Below are positions 53,860 to 64,000 of a DNA stretch of 64,000 nucleotides, one piece after another. The notes below the pieces were generated by a model. It did no database searches. It saw only the letters and a program-made list of their open reading frames with translations, and had not been told where the DNA came from. Origin of the DNA: Eledone cirrhosa (taxonomy: Eukaryota). Position numbers and translations under genes: made by a program. The stretch's first letter is position 1; the number at the start of each line of letters is the position of its first letter. The DNA lies in contig OZ024742.1 in NCBI GenBank assembly GCA_964016885.1, positions 179,986,001 to 180,050,000 on the forward strand, written 5' to 3'.

Positions 53860-56244
53860 AATTACCACAATAATATCAGGTTAAGCACCCCAATCGGGGT
53901 TGCCAGACGAACTTAAGGATAGATTTTACGAGTCCCTAATGCACACTACTGCTCTAACAAACGACAATGACTTCCTAATCATCGCAGGAGATTTTAACGG
54001 ACACGTAGGTAAACACTGTGACGGCTTCAATAGAGTCCAAGGAGACAATGGGGTTGGCACAAGAAATGAAGAAGGATTCAGACTTCTAGAATTCTGCGAC
54101 GCCAATGACATGTCGATATGTAACACAAACTTCAAAAAACCCGACAACCACCTGATCACCTATAGATCAGGGGAGCACTCCAGTCAGATAGATTTTATCC
54201 TCATCAGAGGACGTGACAGATGGACGGTCGTAAACACAAAAGCCTTCCCTAGTGAGGAATGTACATCCCAACATAGATTAGTTGTCAGCGACCTTACAGT
54301 CAGAACTAAACGAACCTGGAGAAGAAAGATCTGGAAGCTGAAAGACCCCTCAGCCAGTAACAGATTTACAGATATTTTACTCAACGCAGTAAAGAAGAAC
54401 AGATACAGACATTCAATGTAGAAGAGCACTGGGAGTTCCTAAAAAATAACTTACTAGAGGCGACGGATGAGGTCTGTGGCTGGAGTAAGACCACAAGCAG
54501 GAGGAGAGTGACTTGGTGGTGGAAAAATAAGGTAGATGAGGCAGTTAAGGCCAAGAGACAGGCATGGAAAGAATGTAAGAACAGGGGGAGCAGGGTACAT
54601 TACATAAAGACCAAGAGAGAAGCTAGGCTACAAGTATACTTAGCTAGGAGGGAAGCAGAGGATAGAAAATTCAAGCATGCTTTGCAACGTGAGGACCAGA
54701 AACAGGTGTTCAAGATTGCGAGGCAGTGTGTCAGAGAGAATCGTGATGTCATTGGAGAGAAGTGTATCCGGAATGATAAAGGTGAGCTTGCCCTCACAAG
54801 TGCTGAGAAGAAAGATGCAGGGAAGAGTCATTATGATAGATTACTAAATGAGGAGAATACATGGGAAGAAGAGACCCTACCCCAAGTAGATCTATAGAGG
54901 GGCCAGCAGTACAAGTCAGCATCAGCGTAGTAAGTAAGGCAATCAAAAATATAAAGATGGGGAAGGCAACCGGTCCATCGGGTATAGCTGCCGAGATGCT
55001 GAAGACATCTGGGTCTGTAGGTCACACTATAACCACACGTATTGTTAACCAGGTAATACTAGAAGGTGTCATACCAAATGATTGGTGCAGTAGCATCATT
55101 GTCAACTGCTACAAAGGTAAAGGTGATGCACTCGATAGAAGAAACTATAGAGGTATAAAGCTGATGGACCAGGTAGGAACTCCATTCTCTGCCCCAAATG
55201 CAAACAATGGGTACACAAGAGATGTAGCGGGATCTCAGGATGCTTAATTAAGAATGTAGGCTTCACATGCAGCAGCTGTACTGGGACAGCAAGCAGCAAA
55301 CAGCCACCAGAAACAAGTACCACCAAACTCTGGGAGGGCTCTGTAGAGACAGTAGACAGCTTCTGCTACCTAGGTGACCGTATTAGCAGCGGAGGTGGGT
55401 GTTCAGAAAGTACAATAACTAGGGTAAGAACGGGATGGAAGAAATTCAGGGAAATACTACCACTGCTAGCTGCAAAAGGCTTCTCCCTCAAAATGAAAGG
55501 CAGACTGTATGATACGTGATCCGAACAACAATGTTACATGGTAGTGAGACCTGGGCGCTGAAGGTGGAAGACTTACGTAGATTAGAGAGAAACGAAGCCT
55601 GCATGCTGCGATGGATGTGTAATAGTAATATACGCGAACGAAAAAGCATAAATGAATTGAGAGAGAGACTGAGCATAAGCGGAATCAAATGCTGTGTGCA
55701 GGAGAGGCGGTTGCGTTGGTATGGACATGTGATGCGTATGAAGGATGACAGCTGCATAAAAAGGTGCAGAGCACTTGAAGTCGACGGAAACGGCCGAATG
55801 GGGAGACCCAAGATGACCTGGGATGAGGTGATAAAAGCCGACCATACCCAATTACACCTCTCAAAGGCGATGACACACGACCGTGACCTCTGGCGTCATG
55901 CAGTAATACAGAGTACCCGACTTCCCATGAGTACAAGCTGAAGCATATAGACAATATGCCCCTACACCCTCCGAGTGCAAGGTGGTCGTGGAGGTGCCAC
56001 GGCGAAAATGCACCCAGCCCACACTGTAAAGTGGACGTGTAGGCGCCACGAAAAAGCACCCAACACTCACTGTAAATGAGGTTGGTGTTAGGAAGGGCAT
56101 CCAGCTGTAGAAATCAAGCCAAATCAGTTCCTGTATGAGCAAGGCATGGTCAGCCGACCAGACACTGCCCACAACAGGACAACCCGTCTAACCCATGCTA
56201 GCGTGGAAGAACGGACGTAAAACGGTGATGATGATGATGATGAT
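53860..56244 (+). mobile_element. 5'-truncated RTE LINE (PHD lineage) with RT core deleted and an extended 3' region
   Basis: AGDFNGHVG, SQIDFIL, QHRLVV, then NYRGIKLMDQV joined directly to the PHD; RRLRWYGHV; (TGA)n tail at 56226-56244. Confidence 0.92.
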
Positions 56245-56570
56245 ATATATATATATACATAAATATATAATGTAACATACATACAATGTAACGGGAGGAA
56301 ACAATAGCACCACTGACGATGTTGCAGATGTGCAACGAAAGGACTTTGATAAACTATATATATGTGTTTGTGTCTATATTGCATCTGTATTATTTTTGAC
56401 CGTCGGTCAGTCAATGGCAACATTGAGGACCGAATAAATTAGATTACCGATATAAAAGACACAGAAATGAAAAGCTAAAACCAACCAAACAGTGAGTGTG
56501 TTCTGTTATTAATTCTGGCAATATTACACAAATATGACCCTCCCCAAATATAACACAAATATATATATAT

Positions 56571-57528
56571 ATAAATTGAAACAAAATGAAAACGAAATTT
56601 CATTTCTCACTCTTAGTATGGCACTTACTTAAATGTAAGTATGCATGTATACGTACATACATATATGTATACAGACGTACAGTAGCATGCACATATATAT
56701 ATATATATACATATATACATACATATGCATACAGGTACACATACATATATGCACGTATCAGTTTAGCGGCGCTAACGCCGCTTTGTTCGTTTGTAAACAA
56801 ACTGAACAGCCTGAATTTATGCCATACGGTGTTAAGGCAACCACGTCACCTTTTTGTTCAACACTGACACGAGAACGATGTACTAGTTTCAAGCTTGTTA
56901 GCTATCATCAGCACCGTTTACCCATCTGCCAGATAGTTGAACGTTCGAAAGTATATACTTTCCTTATGAAAATTAACGGCTGAGCAGCCTAATTTGAATA
57001 TTGAGTGAGTTAAATCGGTCAGGCATACCGAAAACGATAAATTGAAACAAAATGAAAACGAAATTTCATTTCTCACTCTTAGTATGGCACTTACTTAAAT
57101 GTAAGTATGCATGTATATGTACATACATATATGTATACAGACGTACAGTAGCATGCACATATATATATATATATACATATATACATACATATGCATACAG
57201 GTACACATACATATATGCACGTATCAGTTTAGCGGCGCTAACGTCGCTTTGTTCGTTTGTAAACAAACTGAACAGCCTGAATTTATGCCATACGGTGTTA
57301 AGGCAACCACGTCACCTTTTTGTTCAACACTGACACGGGAACGATGTACTACTTTCAAGCTTGTTAGCTATCATCAGCACCGTTTACCCATCTGCCAGAT
57401 AGTTGAACGTTCGAAAGTATATACTTTCCTTATGAAAATTAACGGCTGGGCAGCCTAATTTGCATATTGAGTGAGTTAAATCGGTCAGGCATACCGAAAA
57501 CGATAAATTGAAACAAAATGAAAACGAA
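56571..57528 (+). repeat. ~466-bp satellite, two monomers in forward orientation
   Basis: The same pseudo-ORF starts at 56586 and 57052 (period 466). Confidence 0.97.
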
Positions 57529-60500
57529 TGTATGTACGTATACATGCATACTTACATTTAAGTAAGTGCCATACTAAGAGTGAGAAATGAAATTTCGTTT
57601 TCATTTTGTTTCAATTTATCGTTTTCGGTATGCCTGACCGATTTAACTCACTCAATATGCAAATTAGGCTGCTCAGCCGTTAATTTTCATAAGGAAAGTA
57701 TATACTTTCGAACGTTCAACTATCTGGCAGATGGGTAAACGGTGCTGATGATAGCTAACAAGCTTGAAAGTAGTACATCGTTCCCGTGTCAGTGTTGAAC
57801 AAAAAGGTGACGTGGTTGCCTTAACACCGTATGGCATAAATTCAGGCTGTTCAGTTTGTTTACAAACGAACAAAGCGACGTTAGCGCCGCTAAACTGATA
57901 CGTGCATATATGTATGTGTACCTGTATGCATATGTATGTATATATGTATATATATATATATATGTGCATGCTACTGTACGTCTGTATACATATATGTATG
58001 TACGTATACATGCATACTTACATTTAAGTAAGTGCCATACTAAGAGTGAGAAATGAAATTTCGTTTTCATTTTGTTTCAATTTATCGTTTTCGGTATGCC
58101 TGACCGATTTAACTCACTCAATATGCAAATTAGGCTGCTCAGCCGTTAATTTTCATAAGGAAAGTATATACTTTCGAACGTTCAACTATCTGGCAGATGG
58201 GTAAACGGTGCTGATGATAGCTAACAAGCTTGAAAGTAGTACATCGTTCCCGTGTCAGTGTTGAACAAAAAGGTGACGTGGTTGCCTTAACACCGTATGG
58301 CATAAATTCAGGCTGTTCAGTTTGTTTACAAACGAACAAAGCGACGTTAGCGCCGCTAAACTGATACGTGCATATATGTATGTGTACCTGTATGCATATG
58401 TATGTATATATGTATATATATATATATATGTGCATGCTACTGTACGTCTGTATACATATATGTATGTACGTATACATGCATACTTACATTTAAGTAAGTG
58501 CCATACTAAGAGTGAGAAATGAAATTTCGTTTTCATTTTGTTTCAATTTATCGTTTTCGGTATGCCTGACCGATTTAACTCACTCAATATGCAAATTAGG
58601 CTGCCCAGCCGTTAATTTTCATAAGGAAAGTATATACTTTCGAACGTTCAACTATCTGGCAGATGGGTAAACGGTGCTGATGATAGCTAACAAGCTTGAA
58701 AGTAGTACATCGTTCCCGTGTCAGTGTTGAACAAAAAGGTGACGTGGTTGCCTTAACACCGTATGGCATAAATTCAGGCTGTTCAGTTTGTTTACAAACG
58801 AACAAAGCGACGTTGGCGCCGCTAAACTGATACGTGCATATATGTATGTGTACCTGTATGCATATGTATGTATATATGTATATATATATATATATATATA
58901 TGTGCATGCTACTGTACGTCTGTATACATATATGTATGTACGTATACATGCATACTTACATTTAAGTAAGTGCCATACTAAGAGTGAGAAATGAAATTTC
59001 GTTTTCATTTTGTTTCAATTTATCGTTTTCGGTATGCCTGACCGATTTAACTCACTCAATATGCAAATTAGGCTGGTCAGCCGTTAATTTTCATAAGGAA
59101 AGTATATACTTTCGAACGTTCAACTATCTGGCAGATGGGTAAACGGTGCTGATGATAGCTAACAAGCTTGAAACTAGTACATCGTTCCCGTGTCAGTGTT
59201 GAACAAAAAGGTGACGTGGTTGCCTTAACACCGTATGGCATAAATTCAGGCTGTTCAGTTTGTTTACAAACGAACAAAGCGACGTTAGCGCCGCTAAACT
59301 GATACGTGCATATATGTATGTGTACCTGTATGCATATGTATGTATATATGTATATATATATATATATATATGTGCATGCTACTGTACGTCTGTATACATA
59401 TATGTATGTACGTATACATGCATACTTACATTTAAGTAAGTGCCATACTAAGAGTGAGAAATGAAATTTCGTTTTCATTTTGTTTCAATTTATCGTTTTC
59501 GGTATGCCTGACCGATTTAACTCACTCAATATGCAAATTAGGCTGCTCAGCCGTTAAATTTCATAAGGAAAATATATACTTTCGAACGTTCAACTATCTG
59601 GCAGATGGGTAAACGGTGCTGATGATAGCTAACAAGCTTGAAACTAGTACATCGTTCCCGTGTCAGTGTTGAACAAAAAGGTGACGTGGTTGCCTTAACA
59701 CCGTATGGCATAAATTCAGGCTGTTCAGTTTGTTTACAAACGAACAAAGCGACGTTAGCGCCGCTAAACTGATACGTGCATATATGTATGTGTACCTGTA
59801 TGCATATGTATGTATATATGTATATATATATATGTGCATGCTACTGTACGTCTGTATACATATATGTATGTACGTATACATGCATACTTACATTTAAGTA
59901 AGTGCCATACTAAGAGTGAGAAATGAAATTTCGTTTTCATTTTGTTTCAAATTATCGTTTTCGGTATGCCTGACCCATTTAACTCACTCAATATGCAAAT
60001 TAGGCTGCTCAGCCGTTAATTTTCATAAGGAAAGTATATACTTTCGAACGTTCAACTATCTGGCAGATGGGTAAACGGTGCTGATGATAGCTAACAGGCT
60101 TGAAACTAGTACATCGTTCCCGTGTCAGTGTTGAACAAAAAGGTGACGTGGTTGCCTTAACACCGTATGGCATAAATTCAGGCTGTTCAGTTTGTTTACA
60201 AACGAACAAAGCGACGTTAGCGCCGCTAAACTGATACGTGCATATATGTATGTGTACCTGTATGCATATGTATGTATATATGTATATATATATATATATG
60301 TGCATGCTACTGTACGTCTGTATACATATATGCATGTACGTATACATGCATACTTACATTTAAGTAAGTGCCATACTAAGAGTGAGAAATGAAATTTCGT
60401 TTTCATTTTGTTTCAATTTATCGTTTTCGGTATGCCTGACCGATTTAACTCACTCAATATGCAAATTAGGCTGGTCAGCCGTTAATTTTCATAAGGAAAG

Positions 60501-63500
60501 TATATACTTTCGAACGTTCAACTATCTGGCAGATGGGTAAACGGTGCTGATGATAGCTAACAAGCTTGAAAGTAGTACATCGTTCCCGTGTCAGTGTTGA
60601 ACAAAAAGGTGACGTGGTTGCCTTAACACCGTATGGCATAAATTCAGGCTGTTCAGTTTGTTTACAAACGAACAAAGCGACGTTAGCGCCGCTAAACTGA
60701 TACGTGCATATATGTATGTGTACCTGTATGCATATGTATGTATATATGTATATATATATATATATGTGCATGCTACTGTACGTCTGTATACATATATGCA
60801 TGTACGTATACATGCATACTTACATTTAAGTAAGTGCCATACTAAGAGTGAGAAATGAAATTTCGTTTTCATTTTGTTTCAATTTATCGTTTTCGGTATG
60901 CCTGACCGATTTAACTCACTCAATATGCAAATTAGGCTGGTCAGCCGTTAATTTTCATAAGGAAAGTATATACTTTCGAACGTTCAACTATCTGGCAGAT
61001 GGGTAAACGGTGCTGATGATAGCTAACAAGCTTGAAAGTAGTACATCGTTCCCGTGTCAGTGTTGAACAAAAAGGTGACGTGGTTGCCTTAACACCGTAT
61101 GGCATAAATTCAGGCTGTTCAGTTTGTTTACAAACGAACAAAGCGACGTTGGCGCCGCTAAACTGATACGTGCATATATGTATGTGTACCTGTATGCATA
61201 TGTATGTATATATGTATATATATATATATATATATATGTGCATGCTACTGTACGTCTGTATACATATATGTATGTACGTATACATGCATACTTACATTTA
61301 AGTAAGTGCCATACTAAGAGTGAGAAATGAAATTTCGTTTTCATTTTGTTTCAATTTATCGTTTTCGGTATGCCTGACCGATTTAACTCACTCAATATGC
61401 AAATTAGGCTGGTCAGCCGTTAATTTTCATAAGGAAAGTATATACTTTCGAACGTTCAACTATCTGGCAGATGGGTAAACGGTGCTGATGATAGCTAACA
61501 AGCTTGAAACTAGTAGATCGTTCCCGTGTCAGTGTTGAACAAAAAGGTGACGTGGTTGCCTTAACACCGTATGGCATAAATTCAGGCTGTTCAGTTTGTT
61601 TACAAACGAACAAAGCGACGTTAGCGCCGCTAAACTGATACGTGCATATATGTATGTGTACCTGTATGCATATGTATGTATATATGTATATATATATATA
61701 TATATATGTGCATGCTACTGTACGTCTGTATACATATATGTATGTACGTATACATGCATACTTACATTTAAGTAAGTGCCATACTAAGAGTGAGAAATGA
61801 AATTTCGTTTTCATTTTGTTTCAATTTATCGTTTTCGGTATGCCTGACCGATTTAACTCACTCAATATGCAAATTAGGCTGCTCAGCCGTTAAATTTCAT
61901 AAGGAAAATATATACTTTCGAACGTTCAACTATCTGGCAGATGGGTAAACGGTGCTGATGATAGCTAACAAGCTTGAAACTAGTACATCGTTCCCGTGTC
62001 AGTGTTGAACAAAAAGGTGACGTGGTTGCCTTAACACCGTATGGCATAAATTCAGGCTGTTCAGTTTGTTTACAAACGAACAAAGCGACGTTAGCGCCGC
62101 TAAACTGATACGTGCATATATGTATGTGTACCTGTATGCATATGTATGTATATATGTATATATATATATGTGCATGCTACTGTACGTCTGTATACATATA
62201 TGTATGTACGTATACATGCATACTTACATTTAAGTAAGTGCCATACTAAGAGTGAGAAATGAAATTTCGTTTTCATTTTGTTTCAAATTATCGTTTTCGG
62301 TATGCCTGACCCATTTAACTCACTCAATATGCAAATTAGGCTGCTCAGCCGTTAATTTTCATAAGGAAAGTATATACTTTCGAACGTTCAACTATCTGGC
62401 AGATGGGTAAACGGTGCTGATGATAGCTAACAGGCTTGAAACTAGTACATCGTTCCCGTGTCAGTGTTGAACAAAAAGGTGACGTGGTTGCCTTAACACC
62501 GTATGGCATAAATTCAGGCTGTTCAGTTTGTTTACAAACGAACAAAGCGACGTTAGCGCCGCTAAACTGATACGTGCATATATGTATGTGTACCTGTATG
62601 CATATGTATGTATATATGTATATATATATATATATGTGCATGCTACTGTACGTCTGTATACATATATGCATGTACGTATACATGCATACTTACATTTAAG
62701 TAAGTGCCATACTAAGAGTGAGAAATGAAATTTCGTTTTCATTTTGTTTCAATTTATCGTTTTCGGTATGCCTGACCGATTTAACTCACTCAATATGCAA
62801 ATTAGGCTGGTCAGCCGTTAATTTTCATAAGGAAAGTATATACTTTCGAACGTTCAACTATCTGGCAGATGGGTAAACGGTGCTGATGATAGCTAACAAG
62901 CTTGAAAGTAGTACATCGTTCCCGTGTCAGTGTTGAACAAAAAGGTGACGTGGTTGCCTTAACACCGTATGGCATAAATTCAGGCTGTTCAGTTTGTTTA
63001 CAAACGAACAAAGCGACGTTAGCGCCGCTAAACTGATACGTGCATATATGTATGTGTACCTGTATGCATATGTATGTATATATGTATATATATATATATA
63101 TGTGCATGCTACTGTACGTCTGTATACATATATGCATGTACGTATACATGCATACTTACATTTAAGTAAGTGCCATACTAAGAGTGAGAAATGAAATTTC
63201 GTTTTCATTTTGTTTCAATTTATCGTTTTCGGTATGCCTGACCGATTTAACTCACTCAATATGCAAATTAGGCTGGTCAGCCGTTAATTTTCATAAGGAA
63301 AGTATATACTTTCGAACGTTCAACTATCTGGCAGATGGGTAAACGGTGCTGATGATAGCTAACAAGCTTGAAAGTAGTACATCGTTCCCGTGTCAGTGTT
63401 GAACAAAAAGGTGACGTGGTTGCCTTAACACCGTATGGCATAAATTCAGGCTGTTCAGTTTGTTTACAAACGAACAAAGCGACGTTAGCGCCGCTAAACT

Positions 63501-64000
63501 GATACGTGCATATATGTATGTGTACCTGTATGCATATGTATGTATATATGTATATATATATATATATGTGCATGCTACTGTACGTCTGTATACATATATG
63601 TATGTACGTATACATGCATACTTACATTTAAGTAAGTGCCATACTAAGAGTGAGAAATGAAATTTCGTTTTCATTTTGTTTCAATTTATCGTTTTCGGTA
63701 TGCCTGACCGATTTAACTCACTCAATATGCAAATTTGGCTGCTCAGCCGTTAATTTTCATAAGGAAAGTATATACTTTCGAACGTTCAACTATCTGGCAG
63801 ATGGGTAAACGGTGCTGATGATAGCTAACAAGCTTGAAACTAGTACATCGTTCCCGTGTCAGTGTTGAACAAAAAGGTGACGTGGTTGCCTTAACACCGT
63901 ATGGCATAAATTCAGGCTGTTCAGTTTGTTTACAAACGAACAAAGCGACGTTAGCGCAGCTAAACTGATACGTGCATATATGTATGTGTACCTGTATGCA
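57529..64000 (-). repeat. ~466-bp satellite, about 14 monomers in reverse orientation, running off the window
   Basis: Monomer lengths of 462-472 set by an internal (TA)n; very few substitutions between units. Confidence 0.98.

Noticed and set aside
52282-53868. Long YI/IY-rich ORFs (up to 434 aa)
   Set aside because: Translations of the (TA)n/(TACA)n microsatellite, which lacks stops in most frames; the same applies at 37854-38099 and 40030-40470.
56586-63943. Repeated 66-133 aa ORFs as a tandem gene array
   Set aside because: They cross a (TA)n tract whose length changes shift the frame between monomers; no recognisable domain.

Overview
AT-rich, repeat-dense animal DNA with no host protein-coding gene that I can support. 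The repeat content (RTE LINEs with (TGA)n tails, R4/Dong-type LINEs in (TAA)n, two abundant tRNA-headed SINE families, long TA/CA microsatellites) resembles an octopod cephalopod genome; this is an inference from memory. Main features: (1) three large decayed RTE-clade LINEs at 18.4-21.8 kb (+), 40.5-43.95 kb (-) and 53.9-56.2 kb (+). One lineage carries a C4HC3 PHD finger inside the RT region and the other ends in three tandem zinc fingers. (2) A 7.4-kb stack of R4/Dong-like restriction-like-endonuclease LINEs and SINEs at 44.0-51.5 kb, all joined at (TAA)n. It includes a near-intact element whose 5' leader can fold into a pseudoknot. (3) SINEs and non-autonomous elements sharing 5' and 3' modules with the RTE LINE, including a 4x112-bp tandem amplification of a putative structured-RNA module. 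(4) A ~466-bp satellite from 56.57 kb to the window end, with a fold-back inversion at 57528 and a 5-monomer, 2336-bp higher-order repeat. (5) MITEs, Helitron-like termini, Tc1/mariner and CR1 relics, and minisatellites. Most short ORFs in the track are microsatellite or antisense artefacts. All alignments and RNA folds were done by eye.
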